Origin: Escherichia coli
GTDB taxonomy: Bacteria; Pseudomonadota; Gammaproteobacteria; Enterobacterales; Enterobacteriaceae
Assembly: GCF_030013595.1 (NCBI RefSeq)
Contig: NZ_CP122768.1
Length of the DNA: 64,000 nucleotides
Reading direction: 5' to 3' (one strand)
Shown one piece after another: positions 34,100-46,180 of this stretch (the stretch's first letter is position 1; the number at the start of each line of letters is the position of its first letter). The notes below the pieces were generated by a model that was not told where the DNA came from, made no database searches, and saw only the letters and a program-made list of their open reading frames with translations. The position numbers and the translations under genes were made by a program.

Positions 34100-34978
34100 A
34101 TGAGCGACGACAATTCACATAGTAGTGACACGATAAGCAACAAGAAGGGATTTTTCTCCCTGTTACTCAGCCAACTTTTCCACGGTGAACCGAAAAACCG
34201 TGACGAACTGCTGGCGCTGATCCGTGATTCCGGGCAGAACGACCTTATCGACGAAGATACGCGCGATATGCTCGAAGGGGTGATGGACATCGCAGACCAA
34301 CGCGTCCGCGACATCATGATCCCCCGCTCCCAGATGATTACCCTGAAACGCAACCAGACGCTGGACGAATGCCTTGATGTCATCATCGAGTCCGCCCACT
34401 CACGTTTCCCGGTGATTAGCGAAGACAAAGATCACATTGAAGGGATTCTGATGGCGAAAGACTTGCTGCCGTTTATGCGCAGCGATGCTGAAGCCTTCAG
34501 CATGGACAAAGTGTTACGTCAGGCAGTTGTCGTTCCTGAAAGTAAGCGCGTAGACCGGATGCTGAAAGAGTTTCGCTCTCAGCGTTACCACATGGCGATC
34601 GTCATTGACGAATTCGGTGGGGTTTCCGGTCTGGTGACCATTGAAGACATCCTGGAACTGATTGTTGGTGAGATTGAAGACGAGTATGACGAAGAAGATG
34701 ATATCGACTTTCGTCAGCTGAGTCGCCATACCTGGACCGTGCGCGCACTGGCTTCCATTGAAGACTTCAACGAAGCGTTCGGCACCCACTTTAGCGATGA
34801 AGAGGTCGACACCATCGGTGGTCTGGTGATGCAGGCATTTGGGCATCTTCCGGCGCGTGGCGAAACCATCGACATCGACGGTTACCAGTTCAAAGTGGCG
34901 ATGGCCGACAGTCGGCGTATTATTCAGGTTCATGTCAAAATTCCGGATGACTCACCCCAGCCAAAGCTGGATGAATAA
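34100..34978 (+). CDS. corC: Mg2+/Co2+ efflux-associated CBS-domain protein CorC (YbeX), 292 aa
   Basis: ORF 34100..34978; CBS pair plus CorC/HlyC C-terminal domain. Confidence 0.93.
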   Translation: MSDDNSHSSDTISNKKGFFSLLLSQLFHGEPKNRDELLALIRDSGQNDLIDEDTRDMLEGVMDIADQRVRDIMIPRSQMITLKRNQTLDECLDVIIESAHSRFPVISEDKDHIEGILMAKDLLPFMRSDAEAFSMDKVLRQAVVVPESKRVDRMLKEFRSQRYHMAIVIDEFGGVSGLVTIEDILELIVGEIEDEYDEEDDIDFRQLSRHTWTVRALASIEDFNEAFGTHFSDEEVDTIGGLVMQAFGHLPARGETIDIDGYQFKVAMADSRRIIQVHVKIPDDSPQPKLDE

Positions 34979-35002
34979 AACCGAAACTGGATAGATAACT
35001 AC

Positions 35003-36541
35003 ATGGCTTTTGCCTCATTAATTGAACGCCAGCGCATTCGCCTGCTGCTGGCGTTATTATTCGGTGCCTGCGGAACGCTGGCCTTCTCTCCTTACGACGT
35101 CTGGCCTGCGGCGATTATTTCGCTGATGGGGCTTCAGGCGCTGACCTTTAACCGCCGTCCACTCCAGTCTGCCGCTATTGGCTTTTGCTGGGGATTTGGC
35201 CTCTTTGGCAGCGGTATTAACTGGGTCTATGTCAGCATCGCGACCTTTGGCGGAATGCCTGGCCCGGTTAACATCTTCCTGGTGGTACTGCTGGCGGCGT
35301 ATTTGTCGCTGTATACCGGATTATTTGCTGGCGTGCTGTCGCGTCTGTGGCCGAAAACCACCTGGCTGCGCGTGGCGATTGCCGCCCCTGCTCTCTGGCA
35401 AGTGACCGAGTTTCTGCGCGGTTGGGTGCTGACTGGTTTCCCGTGGTTACAGTTCGGCTATAGCCAGATTGATGGCCCGTTAAAAGGGCTGGCACCGATA
35501 ATGGGCGTGGAAGCCATTAACTTCCTGCTAATGATGGTTAGCGGCCTGCTGGCACTGGCGTTGGTCAAACGCAACTGGCGTCCGATGGTGGTGGCCGTCG
35601 TGCTGTTCGCCCTTCCCTTCCCGCTGCGTTACATCCAGTGGTTTACCCCGCAACCGGAGAAAACCATTCAGGTTTCGATGGTTCAGGGCGATATTCCGCA
35701 ATCGCTGAAGTGGGACGAAAGCCAGCTTCTTAATACGCTGAAAATTTATTACAACGCAACGGCACCGCTGATGGGCAAATCATCGTTGATTATCTGGCCG
35801 GAGTCGGCGATAACCGATCTGGAAATTAATCAGCAACCGTTCCTCAAAGCACTGGACGGTGAGTTGCGTGATAAAGGTAGCTCGCTGGTCACCGGGATTG
35901 TCGACGCGCGTCTCAATAAGCAGAACCGCTACGATACCTACAACACCATCATCACGCTGGGTAAAGGTGCGCCGTACAGCTACGAATCAGCCGATCGCTA
36001 TAACAAAAACCATCTGGTGCCGTTTGGCGAGTTTGTCCCGCTGGAGTCGATTCTGCGTCCGTTAGCACCGTTCTTTGATCTGCCGATGTCGTCGTTCAGC
36101 CGTGGGCCATATATCCAGCCGCCGCTGTCGGTGAATGGTATTGAGCTTACTGCGGCCATTTGCTATGAGATCATTCTCGGCGAGCAAGTGCGCGATAACT
36201 TCCGCCCGGATACCGACTACCTGCTGACTATCTCCAACGATGCGTGGTTTGGTAAATCTATTGGTCCATGGCAACACTTCCAGATGGCGCGAATGCGTGC
36301 GCTGGAGCTGGCGCGCCCACTGTTGCGCAGCACCAACAACGGCATTACGGCGGTGATTGGCCCGCAGGGTGAGATTCAGGCGATGATCCCGCAGTTCACC
36401 CGCGAGGTGTTAACCACTAACGTGACGCCGACTACCGGACTTACACCGTACGCACGTACCGGCAACTGGCCGCTGTGGGTGCTGACGGCACTGTTTGGTT
36501 TTGCTGCTGTGCTGATGAGCCTGCGTCAACGACGTAAATAA
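35003..36541 (+). CDS. lnt: Apolipoprotein N-acyltransferase Lnt (512 aa)
   Basis: ORF 35003..36541; N-terminal polytopic domain plus C-N hydrolase domain. Confidence 0.95.
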   Translation: MAFASLIERQRIRLLLALLFGACGTLAFSPYDVWPAAIISLMGLQALTFNRRPLQSAAIGFCWGFGLFGSGINWVYVSIATFGGMPGPVNIFLVVLLAAYLSLYTGLFAGVLSRLWPKTTWLRVAIAAPALWQVTEFLRGWVLTGFPWLQFGYSQIDGPLKGLAPIMGVEAINFLLMMVSGLLALALVKRNWRPMVVAVVLFALPFPLRYIQWFTPQPEKTIQVSMVQGDIPQSLKWDESQLLNTLKIYYNATAPLMGKSSLIIWPESAITDLEINQQPFLKALDGELRDKGSSLVTGIVDARLNKQNRYDTYNTIITLGKGAPYSYESADRYNKNHLVPFGEFVPLESILRPLAPFFDLPMSSFSRGPYIQPPLSVNGIELTAAICYEIILGEQVRDNFRPDTDYLLTISNDAWFGKSIGPWQHFQMARMRALELARPLLRSTNNGITAVIGPQGEIQAMIPQFTREVLTTNVTPTTGLTPYARTGNWPLWVLTALFGFAAVLMSLRQRRK

Positions 36542-36584
36542 TCCCTTCTTATCGTGCCGGAATACATCCCGTATTTCGGCACGC

Positions 36585-36620
36585 TCACCGGATGCGGCAT
36601 CAGTGCGTTATCCGGATAAC
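36585..36620. repeat. REP-like palindrome downstream of lnt (preceded by a hairpin at 36553-36583)
   Basis: CCGGATGCGGCATCAGTGCGTTATCCGG; upstream hairpin GTGCCGGAATAC...GTATTTCGGCAC. Confidence 0.6.
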
Positions 36621-36640
36621 AAAATTCCCCTTTCCAACTT

Positions 36641-36656
36641 TGGCACATCTATTGCT
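36641..36656 (+). promoter_or_regulatory. Candidate sigma54 (-24/-12) promoter element upstream of gltI
   Basis: TGGCACatctaTTGCT fits TGGCAC-N5-TTGCW with correct GG-to-GC spacing. Confidence 0.5.
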
Positions 36657-36937
36657 TTGTTATACAAGGCAAAGCTTGAACCAGCATCAGTACAACCCGG
36701 TTGCACCACAGCAATCCACGGGTAGCACCAAAAGAGTGCATTTTAAGAATTTTGCTTCGGAATGGTGCGGCGCATCTCGCAAAAACAAACAATAAAACAG
36801 CAATATCTTTACATTTAGCCAAACTAAATGTTACCTAACAGGCACAACACTGCACAATAAAGTTGCAGACGATAACAACACAAACACTCACAACGGGTAT
36901 CCATGCGTTCTTAACGCAGAAGATAAAGGAGTTGGAT

Positions 36938-37846
36938 ATGCAATTACGTAAACCTGCCACAGCAATCCTCGCCCTAGCGCTTTCCGCAGGACTGGCACAG
37001 GCAGATGACGCCGCCCCGGCAGCGGGCAGTACGCTGGACAAAATCGCCAAAAACGGTGTGATTGTCGTCGGTCACCGTGAATCTTCAGTACCTTTCTCTT
37101 ATTACGACAATCAGCAAAAAGTGGTGGGTTACTCGCAGGATTACTCCAACGCCATTGTTGAAGCAGTGAAAAAGAAACTCAACAAACCGGACTTGCAGGT
37201 AAAACTGATTCCGATTACCTCACAAAACCGTATTCCACTGCTGCAAAACGGCACTTTCGATTTTGAATGTGGTTCTACCACCAACAACGTCGAACGCCAA
37301 AAACAGGCGGCTTTCTCTGACACTATTTTCGTGGTCGGTACGCGCCTGTTGACCAAAAAGGGTGGCGATATCAAAGATTTCGCCGATCTGAAAGGCAAAG
37401 CCGTAGTCGTCACTTCCGGCACTACCTCTGAAGTTTTGCTCAACAAACTGAATGAAGAGCAAAAAATGAATATGCGAATTATCAGCGCCAAAGATCACGG
37501 TGACTCTTTCCGTACCCTGGAAAGCGGTCGTGCCGTTGCCTTTATGATGGATGATGCTCTGCTGGCTGGTGAACGTGCGAAAGCGAGGAAACCAGACAAC
37601 TGGGAAATCGTCGGCAAGCCGCAGTCTCAGGAAGCCTACGGTTGCATGTTGCGTAAAGACGATCCGCAGTTCAAAAAGCTGATGGATGACACCATCGCGC
37701 AGGTGCAGACCTCCGGTGAAGCGGAAAAATGGTTTGATAAATGGTTCAAAAACCCAATTCCGCCGAAAAACCTGAACATGAATTTCGAACTGTCAGACGA
37801 AATGAAAGCACTGTTCAAAGAACCGAATGACAAGGCACTGAACTAA
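36938..37846 (+). CDS. gltI: Glutamate/aspartate periplasmic binding protein GltI (302 aa)
   Basis: ORF track 36863..37846; start at internal Met (MQLRKPATAILALALSAGLAQA signal peptide). Confidence 0.93.
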   Translation: MQLRKPATAILALALSAGLAQADDAAPAAGSTLDKIAKNGVIVVGHRESSVPFSYYDNQQKVVGYSQDYSNAIVEAVKKKLNKPDLQVKLIPITSQNRIPLLQNGTFDFECGSTTNNVERQKQAAFSDTIFVVGTRLLTKKGGDIKDFADLKGKAVVVTSGTTSEVLLNKLNEEQKMNMRIISAKDHGDSFRTLESGRAVAFMMDDALLAGERAKARKPDNWEIVGKPQSQEAYGCMLRKDDPQFKKLMDDTIAQVQTSGEAEKWFDKWFKNPIPPKNLNMNFELSDEMKALFKEPNDKALN

Positions 37847-37849
37847 TTA

Positions 37850-38002
37850 CAAGAACCAGGGGCGGAAATTCCAGCCCTCTCGATTGTTACGTAGCACGGA
37901 CAGACTATACGCCTGATGGTCGTTCCCCATCGGGCCTGAAAACCGCAATACGCTGGGTAACAATCTTCGAGGGTAGCAGTTAACGCTGCTACCCTCTTTT
38001 TT
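37850..38002 (+). ncRNA. sroC: sRNA SroC (gltI 3'UTR / gltI-gltJ intergenic), approximate 5' end
   Basis: 169-bp intergenic region ending in a strong intrinsic terminator (GAGGGTAGCAG-TTAACG-CTGCTACCCTC + TTTTTT at 37969-38002); location matches where SroC lies in K-12. Confidence 0.6.
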
Positions 38003-38015
38003 CTGGAGTAGATTT

Positions 38016-38756
38016 ATGTCTATAGACTGGAACTGGGGTATTTTTTTACAACAAGCCCCGTTCGGCAACACCACCTATCTTGGTTGGATCTGGAGTGGTT
38101 TTCAGGTGACGATCGCTTTGTCGATCTGCGCCTGGATTATCGCTTTCCTCGTCGGTTCATTTTTCGGCATTTTACGTACCGTTCCAAACCGTTTTCTCTC
38201 CGGTCTGGGTACGTTGTATGTCGAACTGTTCCGCAACGTGCCGTTGATTGTGCAATTCTTTACCTGGTATCTGGTGATCCCGGAGCTGTTGCCGGAGAAA
38301 ATCGGCATGTGGTTTAAGGCCGAGCTGGATCCCAATATTCAGTTTTTCCTTTCATCCATGCTTTGCCTGGGGCTGTTTACCGCCGCCCGTGTTTGCGAAC
38401 AGGTACGCGCCGCGATTCAGTCGTTGCCGCGTGGGCAAAAGAATGCCGCGCTGGCAATGGGGCTGACGCTACCGCAGGCTTATCGCTACGTACTGCTGCC
38501 TAATGCTTATCGCGTTATCGTCCCGCCGATGACTTCCGAGATGATGAACCTGGTGAAAAACTCCGCCATCGCCTCGACTATCGGTCTGGTGGATATGGCA
38601 GCGCAGGCCGGTAAATTGCTTGATTACTCAGCCCACGCCTGGGAGTCGTTTACCGCCATCACGCTGGCGTATGTATTGATTAACGCTTTTATCATGCTGG
38701 TGATGACGCTGGTTGAACGTAAAGTTCGCCTGCCTGGCAACATGGGGGGCAAATAA
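38016..38756 (+). CDS. gltJ: Glutamate/aspartate ABC transporter permease GltJ (246 aa)
   Basis: ORF 38016..38756; polar amino acid ABC permease. Confidence 0.93.
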
Positions 38757-39430
38757 TGTACGAGTTTGACTGGAGTTCCATTGTCCCTTCCCTGCCATAT
38801 CTGCTCGACGGGCTGGTGATCACGCTGAAAATCACCGTCACAGCAGTCGTGATTGGTATTTTGTGGGGCACCATGCTGGCGGTGATGCGCTTATCCAGCT
38901 TCGCGCCTGTTGCGTGGTTTGCCAAAGCCTACGTTAACGTGTTCCGCTCGATTCCTTTAGTTATGGTTTTGCTGTGGTTTTACCTGATTGTGCCGGGTTT
39001 TCTGCAAAACGTGCTGGGATTATCGCCAAAAAATGATATCCGTTTAATTTCGGCAATGGTGGCGTTTTCGATGTTTGAAGCGGCCTACTATTCAGAGATT
39101 ATCCGTGCCGGTATTCAAAGTATTTCCCGTGGTCAGTCGAGCGCCGCGCTGGCGTTGGGGATGACTCACTGGCAGTCGATGAAACTGATTATTCTGCCGC
39201 AGGCTTTCCGCGCGATGGTGCCGCTGCTGCTCACTCAGGGCATCGTACTGTTCCAGGATACCTCACTGGTGTATGTGTTATCTCTGGCCGATTTCTTCCG
39301 TACCGCTTCAACCATTGGTGAGCGTGATGGTACGCAGGTCGAGATGATCCTGTTTGCCGGATTTGTTTATTTCGTTATTAGCCTTAGCGCGTCGTTGTTG
39401 GTCAGCTACTTGAAAAGAAGGACAGCTTAA
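38756..39430 (+). CDS. gltK: Glutamate/aspartate ABC transporter permease GltK (224 aa)
   Basis: ORF overlapping gltJ stop; permease with EAA loop. Confidence 0.93.
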
Positions 39431-40155
39431 TGATTACCCTGAAAAATGTTTCAAAATGGTATGGTCACTTTCAGGTGCTGACCGACTGCTCAACCGAAGT
39501 GAAAAAAGGCGAAGTGGTGGTGGTTTGCGGCCCGTCTGGTTCCGGCAAATCAACGCTGATTAAAACCGTCAACGGCCTCGAACCGGTGCAGCAAGGTGAA
39601 ATTACCGTCGATGGCATCGTGGTTAACGATAAGAAAACCGATCTGGCAAAGCTGCGTTCCCGCGTCGGGATGGTATTCCAGCATTTCGAGCTGTTCCCTC
39701 ATCTGTCGATTATCGAAAACCTGACCCTGGCGCAGGTGAAAGTGCTTAAACGCGATAAAGCGCCGGCTCGTGAAAAAGCATTGAAATTGCTGGAGCGCGT
39801 GGGACTTTCCGCACATGCCAATAAATTTCCGGCGCAGCTTTCCGGCGGTCAGCAACAGCGTGTGGCGATCGCTCGCGCATTGTGTATGGATCCTATTGCC
39901 ATGCTGTTCGACGAACCGACATCGGCGCTGGATCCGGAGATGATCAACGAAGTGCTGGACGTAATGGTCGAACTGGCGAACGAAGGAATGACCATGATGG
40001 TGGTGACCCACGAAATGGGCTTTGCCCGTAAAGTGGCGAATCGGGTGATCTTTATGGACGAGGGTAAAATTGTCGAAGACTCGCCGAAAGACGCTTTCTT
40101 CGATGATCCGAAATCGGACCGCGCAAAAGACTTCCTCGCGAAAATCCTGCATTAA
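39430..40155 (+). CDS. gltL: Glutamate/aspartate ABC transporter ATPase GltL (241 aa)
   Basis: Walker [10 protein letters not shown], signature LSGGQQQR, Walker [12 protein letters not shown]. Confidence 0.95.
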   Translation: MITLKNVSKWYGHFQVLTDCSTEVKKGEVVVVCGPSGSGKSTLIKTVNGLEPVQQGEITVDGIVVNDKKTDLAKLRSRVGMVFQHFELFPHLSIIENLTLAQVKVLKRDKAPAREKALKLLERVGLSAHANKFPAQLSGGQQQRVAIARALCMDPIAMLFDEPTSALDPEMINEVLDVMVELANEGMTMMVVTHEMGFARKVANRVIFMDEGKIVEDSPKDAFFDDPKSDRAKDFLAKILH

Positions 40156-40272
40156 TCACTCTGGCGCGCATACCCAAGTGCGCGCCATCTCACGCTTTAT
40201 CGTTTCGCCCCTCGTATCTGTTACATCCTGGCGTTACCCTTGTCGCAAAGAAGCACACAACAAGGAGCAACA

Positions 40273-41208
40273 ATGGCACTGCCAATTCTGTTAGATTGCG
40301 ACCCTGGTCATGATGACGCTATCGCAATAGTTCTCGCCCTCGCCTCACCAGAGCTTGATGTCAAAGCAATTACGTCTTCCGCCGGAAACCAGACACCAGA
40401 GAAAACCTTACGCAATGTTCTGCGTATGCTGACCTTGCTTAATCGCACCGATATTCCGGTGGCAGGCGGCGCGGTAAAACCGTTAATGCGTGAGTTGATT
40501 ATCGCGGACAATGTGCACGGCGAAAGCGGTCTCGACGGCCCGGCATTACCGGAACCGACGTTCGCACCGCAAAACTGTACGGCGGTGGAGCTGATGGCGA
40601 AAACGCTGCGCGAAAGTGCGGAACCTGTCACGATTGTGTCTACCGGACCGCAAACTAACGTTGCCTTGCTGCTCAATAGCCATCCGGAACTGCATAGCAA
40701 AATTGCTCGTATCGTGATTATGGGCGGCGCAATGGGGCTTGGTAACTGGACGCCTGCGGCTGAATTTAATATTTACGTTGACCCGGAAGCGGCAGAAATT
40801 GTCTTCCAGTCAGGGATCCCGGTGGTGATGGCCGGTCTGGATGTTACTCACAAAGCACAAATTCACGTTGAGGACACCGAGCGTTTCCGCGCGATTGGCA
40901 ACCCTGTTTCAACCATTGTTGCCGAACTGCTGGATTTCTTCCTCGAATATCATAAAGACGAAAAATGGGGCTTTGTCGGCGCACCGCTGCATGACCCATG
41001 CACCATCGCCTGGCTGTTAAAACCGGAGTTGTTTACCACTGTTGAGCGCTGGGTTGGCGTGGAAACACAAGGGAAATATACCCAGGGTATGACGGTTGTT
41101 GATTATTATTATCTGACCGGCAATAAACCGAATGCCTCTGTAATGGTCGATGTTGATCGTCAGGGCTTTGTTGATTTACTGGCTGATCGTCTGAAATTTT
41201 ACGCTTAA
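40273..41208 (+). CDS. rihA: Pyrimidine-specific ribonucleoside hydrolase RihA (311 aa)
   Basis: ORF track 40240..41208; start at internal Met ([18 protein letters not shown], nucleoside hydrolase DxDxxxDD motif). Confidence 0.93.
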   Translation: MALPILLDCDPGHDDAIAIVLALASPELDVKAITSSAGNQTPEKTLRNVLRMLTLLNRTDIPVAGGAVKPLMRELIIADNVHGESGLDGPALPEPTFAPQNCTAVELMAKTLRESAEPVTIVSTGPQTNVALLLNSHPELHSKIARIVIMGGAMGLGNWTPAAEFNIYVDPEAAEIVFQSGIPVVMAGLDVTHKAQIHVEDTERFRAIGNPVSTIVAELLDFFLEYHKDEKWGFVGAPLHDPCTIAWLLKPELFTTVERWVGVETQGKYTQGMTVVDYYYLTGNKPNASVMVDVDRQGFVDLLADRLKFYA

Positions 41209-41214
41209 TCACTC

Positions 41215-41239
41215 GCCGGATGACATCACGCCATCCGGC
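41215..41239. terminator. Hairpin between convergent rihA and ybeL
   Basis: GCCGGATG-loop-CATCCGGC; no strong T tract. Confidence 0.4.
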
Positions 41240-41252
41240 ACCACTCATTTCA

Positions 41253-41735
41253 TTAAGGCTCGAACGGGCGTCTCTGGAACTGGTCATGACCGCATTTCGG
41301 GCATAGCGTCAGCACTTCCGGTGTGTAGATCGGGAGATGGAAATGACATTTCTCGCAGACCAGATTCCCCAGCCCTACCACTTCTCCGCTGTGATAAACC
41401 CCGTGATGATTGAGGTCCTGGAAAACTTCGCGCCATTCAAGCTGTGTTTTATCGGTGATGTCTGCCAGTTCCTGCCACAAGCTTTCTTTAATCACCCGCA
41501 TAAAGACGCTGTCAGACTCTTCTTTCAGGCTCTCTTCATAGCTCATGGCGAACTCTTCCAGGTCACGTCTGACAGCTCGCGTCAGCTCATCGACTTCGGT
41601 TCGCGTTAACTCCCCTGTTTTTATTACGCGCTCGCGCGCCTGTTCCACCAGTGCGTCGATATCACGTTCGCCATTGCGCAGGCGTTCGCTCAGTGACGCG
41701 ACCAGTTCACGGTAATATTGAGCAACCTTGTTCAT
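41253..41735 (-). CDS. ybeL: Zinc-ribbon protein YbeL (DUF1451), 160 aa
   Basis: ORF 41253..41735; C-terminal CxxC...CxxC (CEKCHFH...CPKCGH). Confidence 0.88.
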   Translation of the reverse strand: MNKVAQYYRELVASLSERLRNGERDIDALVEQARERVIKTGELTRTEVDELTRAVRRDLEEFAMSYEESLKEESDSVFMRVIKESLWQELADITDKTQLEWREVFQDLNHHGVYHSGEVVGLGNLVCEKCHFHLPIYTPEVLTLCPKCGHDQFQRRPFEP

Positions 41736-41969
41736 CGTTTCATCTCCCGGGTCGTTAACTGACTATAATAATAGACGTTCTTTGTTCCTTGCTTTGCTAA
41801 TACGCCCACAAACTCTGTAAATTAATGTATGAATAATCCGGGCATCATTTCAACGTCGAATGCGCGAAAGGCTGTTTTGACGCGGACGTTTGGGCTATGC
41901 TATGCGGATCTGAAAAACCACCTCAACGCTACATTTGTAGCCGTATTGAAAACAGGACCACTGGCTGCC

Positions 41970-44552
41970 ATGCAAGAGCAATACCGCCCGGAAGAGATAG
42001 AATCCAAAGTACAGCTTCATTGGGATGAGAAGCGCACATTTGAAGTAACCGAAGACGAGAGCAAAGAGAAGTATTACTGCCTGTCTATGCTTCCCTATCC
42101 TTCTGGTCGACTACACATGGGCCACGTACGTAACTACACCATCGGTGACGTGATCGCCCGCTACCAGCGTATGCTGGGCAAAAACGTCCTGCAGCCGATC
42201 GGCTGGGACGCGTTTGGTCTGCCTGCGGAAGGCGCGGCGGTGAAAAACAACACCGCACCGGCACCGTGGACGTACGACAACATCGCGTACATGAAAAACC
42301 AGCTCAAAATGCTGGGCTTTGGTTATGACTGGAGCCGCGAGCTGGCAACCTGTACGCCGGAATACTACCGTTGGGAACAGAAATTCTTCACCGAGCTGTA
42401 TAAAAAAGGCCTGGTATATAAGAAGACTTCTGCGGTCAACTGGTGCCCGAACGACCAGACCGTACTGGCGAACGAACAAGTTATCGACGGCTGCTGCTGG
42501 CGCTGCGATACCAAAGTTGAGCGTAAAGAGATCCCGCAGTGGTTTATCAAAATCACTGCTTACGCTGACGAGCTGCTCAACGATCTGGATAAACTGGATC
42601 ACTGGCCAGACACCGTTAAAACAATGCAGCGTAACTGGATCGGTCGTTCCGAAGGCGTGGAAATCACCTTCAACGTTAACGACTATGACAACACGCTGAC
42701 CGTTTACACTACCCGCCCGGACACCTTTATGGGTTGTACCTACCTGGCGGTAGCGGCGGGTCATCCGCTGGCGCAGAAAGCGGCGGAAAATAATCCTGAA
42801 CTGGCGGCCTTTATTGACGAATGCCGTAACACCAAAGTTGCCGAAGCTGAAATGGCAACGATGGAGAAAAAAGGCGTCGATACTGGCTTTAAAGCGGTTC
42901 ACCCATTAACGGGCGAAGAAATTCCCGTTTGGGCAGCAAACTTCGTATTGATGGAGTACGGCACGGGCGCAGTTATGGCGGTTCCGGGTCACGACCAGCG
43001 CGACTACGAGTTTGCCTCTAAATACGGCCTGAACATCAAACCGGTTATCCTGGCAGATGACGGCTCTGAGCCAGATCTTTCTCAGCAAGCCCTGACTGAA
43101 AAAGGCGTTCTGTTCAACTCTGGCGAGTTCAACGGTCTTGACCATGAAGCGGCCTTCAACGCTCTCGCCGATAAACTGACTGCGATGGGCGTTGGCGAGC
43201 GTAAAGTGAACTACCGCCTGCGCGACTGGGGTGTTTCCCGTCAACGTTACTGGGGCGCGCCGATTCCGATGGTGACGCTGGAAGACGGTACCGTAATGCC
43301 GACCCCGGACGACCAGCTGCCGGTGATCCTGCCGGAAGATGTGGTGATGGACGGCATTACCAGCCCGATTAAAGCAGATCCGGAGTGGGCAAAAACTACC
43401 GTTAACGGTATGCCAGCGCTGCGTGAAACCGACACTTTCGACACCTTTATGGAGTCCTCCTGGTACTATGCGCGCTACACTTGCCCGGAGTACAAAGAAG
43501 GTATGCTGGATTCCGAAGCGGCTAACTACTGGCTGCCGGTGGATATCTACATTGGTGGTATCGAACACGCCATTATGCACCTGCTCTACTTCCGCTTCTT
43601 CCACAAACTGATGCGTGATGCAGGCATGGTGAACTCTGACGAACCAGCGAAACAGTTGCTGTGTCAGGGTATGGTGCTGGCAGATGCCTTCTACTATGTT
43701 GGCGAAAACGGCGAACGTAACTGGGTTTCCCCGGTTGATGCTATCGTTGAACGTGACGAGAAAGGCCGTATCGTGAAAGCGAAAGACGCGGCAGGTCATG
43801 AACTGGTTTATACCGGCATGAGCAAAATGTCCAAGTCGAAGAACAACGGTATCGACCCGCAGGTGATGGTTGAACGTTACGGCGCGGACACCGTTCGTCT
43901 GTTTATGATGTTTGCTTCTCCGGCTGATATGACTCTCGAATGGCAGGAATCCGGCGTGGAAGGGGCTAACCGCTTCCTGAAACGTGTCTGGAAACTGGTT
44001 TACGAGCACACAGCGAAAGGTGATGTTGCGGCACTGAACGTTGATGCGCTGACTGAAGATCAGAAAGCGCTGCGTCGCGATGTGCATAAAACGATCGCTA
44101 AAGTGACCGATGATATCGGCCGTCGTCAGACCTTCAACACCGCAATTGCGGCGATTATGGAGCTGATGAACAAACTGGCGAAAGCACCGACCGATGGCGA
44201 GCAGGACCGCGCCCTGATGCAGGAAGCGCTGCTGGCGGTAGTCCGTATGCTTAACCCGTTCACCCCGCACATCTGCTTCACGCTGTGGCAGGAACTGAAA
44301 GGCGAAGGCGATATCGACAACGCACCGTGGCCGGTTGCTGACGAAAAAGCGATGGTGGAAGACTCCACGCTGGTCGTGGTGCAGGTTAACGGTAAAGTCC
44401 GTGCAAAAATCACCGTTCCGGTGGACGCAACGGAAGAACAGGTTCGCGAACGTGCTGGCCAGGAACATCTGGTAGCAAAATATCTTGATGGCGTTACCGT
44501 GCGTAAAGTGATTTACGTACCCGGTAAACTCCTCAATCTGGTCGTTGGCTAA
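41970..44552 (+). CDS. leuS: Leucyl-tRNA synthetase (860 aa)
   Basis: ORF track 41829..44552; start at [15 protein letters not shown]; HIGH motif (HMGHVRNY) and KMSKS (MSKMSKSK). Confidence 0.96.
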   Translation: MQEQYRPEEIESKVQLHWDEKRTFEVTEDESKEKYYCLSMLPYPSGRLHMGHVRNYTIGDVIARYQRMLGKNVLQPIGWDAFGLPAEGAAVKNNTAPAPWTYDNIAYMKNQLKMLGFGYDWSRELATCTPEYYRWEQKFFTELYKKGLVYKKTSAVNWCPNDQTVLANEQVIDGCCWRCDTKVERKEIPQWFIKITAYADELLNDLDKLDHWPDTVKTMQRNWIGRSEGVEITFNVNDYDNTLTVYTTRPDTFMGCTYLAVAAGHPLAQKAAENNPELAAFIDECRNTKVAEAEMATMEKKGVDTGFKAVHPLTGEEIPVWAANFVLMEYGTGAVMAVPGHDQRDYEFASKYGLNIKPVILADDGSEPDLSQQALTEKGVLFNSGEFNGLDHEAAFNALADKLTAMGVGERKVNYRLRDWGVSRQRYWGAPIPMVTLEDGTVMPTPDDQLPVILPEDVVMDGITSPIKADPEWAKTTVNGMPALRETDTFDTFMESSWYYARYTCPEYKEGMLDSEAANYWLPVDIYIGGIEHAIMHLLYFRFFHKLMRDAGMVNSDEPAKQLLCQGMVLADAFYYVGENGERNWVSPVDAIVERDEKGRIVKAKDAAGHELVYTGMSKMSKSKNNGIDPQVMVERYGADTVRLFMMFASPADMTLEWQESGVEGANRFLKRVWKLVYEHTAKGDVAALNVDALTEDQKALRRDVHKTIAKVTDDIGRRQTFNTAIAAIMELMNKLAKAPTDGEQDRALMQEALLAVVRMLNPFTPHICFTLWQELKGEGDIDNAPWPVADEKAMVEDSTLVVVQVNGKVRAKITVPVDATEEQVRERAGQEHLVAKYLDGVTVRKVIYVPGKLLNLVVG

Positions 44553-44566
44553 GCGCGGGAGGAAGC

Positions 44567-45148
44567 GTGCGATATCTGGCAACATTGTTGTTATCTCTGG
44601 CGGTGTTAATCACCGCCGGGTGTGGCTGGCATCTGCGTGATACCACGCAGGTTCCTTCCACTATGAAGGTCATGATCCTGGACTCAGGCGATCCGAACGG
44701 GCCATTAAGCCGTGCGGTGCGTAACCAGTTACGTCTGAATGGTGTCGAGTTGCTTAATAAAGAAACCACGCGTAAGGACGTTCCATCCCTGCGTTTGGGT
44801 AAAGTGAGCATCGCGAAAGATACCGCATCGGTATTCCGTAACGGTCAAACAGCAGAGTATCAGATGATCATGACGGTCAATGCGACCGTGTTGATCCCCG
44901 GCCGTGACATCTACCCGATTAGCGCCAAAGTCTTCCGTTCGTTCTTCGATAACCCGCAAATGGCGTTAGCGAAAGATAACGAACAAGACATGATCGTAAA
45001 AGAGATGTACGACCGTGCTGCCGAACAGCTGATTCGTAAGCTGCCAAGCATCCGTGCTGCGGATATTCGTTCCGACGAAGAACAGACGTCGACCACAACG
45101 GATACTCCGGCAACGCCTGCACGCGTCTCTACCACGCTGGGTAACTGA
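44567..45148 (+). CDS. lptE: LPS assembly lipoprotein LptE (193 aa), GTG start
   Basis: ORF 44567..45148; lipobox ITAGC. Confidence 0.93.
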   Translation: MRYLATLLLSLAVLITAGCGWHLRDTTQVPSTMKVMILDSGDPNGPLSRAVRNQLRLNGVELLNKETTRKDVPSLRLGKVSIAKDTASVFRNGQTAEYQMIMTVNATVLIPGRDIYPISAKVFRSFFDNPQMALAKDNEQDMIVKEMYDRAAEQLIRKLPSIRAADIRSDEEQTSTTTDTPATPARVSTTLGN

Positions 45149-46179
45149 TGATTCGGTTGTACCCGGAACAACTCCGCGCGCAGCTCAATGAAGGGCTGCG
45201 CGCGGCGTATCTTTTACTTGGTAACGATCCTCTGTTATTGCAGGAAAGCCAGGACGCTATTCGTCAGGTAGCTGCGGTACAAGGATTCGAAGAACACCAC
45301 ACTTTTTCCATTGATCCCAACACTGACTGGAATGCGATCTTTTCGTTATGCCAGGCCATGAGTCTGTTTGCCAGTCGACAAACGCTATTGCTGTTGTTAC
45401 CAGAAAACGGACCGAATGCGGCGATCAATGAACAACTTCTCACACTCACCGGACTTCTGCATGACGACCTGCTGTTGATCGTCCGCGGTAATAAATTAAG
45501 CAAAGCGCAAGAAAATGCCGCCTGGTTTACTGCTCTTGCGAATCGCAGCGTGCAGGTGACCTGTCAGACACCGGAGCAGGCTCAGCTTCCCCGCTGGGTT
45601 GCTGCGCGCGCAAAACAGCTCAACTTAGAACTGGATGACGCGGCGAATCAGGTGCTCTGCTACTGTTATGAAGGTAACCTGCTGGCGCTGGCTCAGGCAC
45701 TGGAGCGTTTATCGCTACTCTGGCCAGACGGCAAACTGACATTACCTCGCGTTGAACAGGCGGTGAATGATGCCGCGCATTTCACCCCTTTTCATTGGGT
45801 TGATGCTTTGTTGATGGGAAAAAGTAAGCGCGCGTTGCATATTCTTCAGCAACTGCGTCTGGAAGGCAGCGAACCGGTTATTTTGTTGCGCACATTACAA
45901 CGTGAACTGTTGTTACTGGTTAACCTGAAACGCCAGTCTGCCCATACGCCACTGCGTGCGTTGTTTGATAAGCATCGGGTATGGCAGAACCGCCGGGGCA
46001 TGCTGGGCGAGGCGTTAAATCGCTTAAGCCAGCCGCAGTTACGTCAGGCCGTGCAACTCCTGACACGAACGGAACTCACCCTCAAACAAGATTACGGTCA
46101 GTCAGTGTGGGCAGAGCTGGAAGGGTTATCTCTTCTGTTGTGCCATAAACCCCTGGCGGACGTATTTATCGACGGTTGA
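45148..46179 (+). CDS. holA: DNA polymerase III delta subunit HolA (343 aa)
   Basis: ORF overlapping lptE stop; [30 protein letters not shown]. Confidence 0.95.
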
Positions 46180-46180
46180 T

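Noticed and set aside
36841-36856. Second sigma54-like motif (AGGCACaacacTGCA) closer to gltI
   Set aside because: GG-to-GC spacing is one nucleotide short of the strict requirement; the upstream element at 36641-36656 fits exactly.
42906-44585. 559-aa ORF on the minus strand inside leuS
   Set aside because: Antisense shadow ORF of leuS; Arg/His-rich, low-complexity translation typical of a reverse frame.
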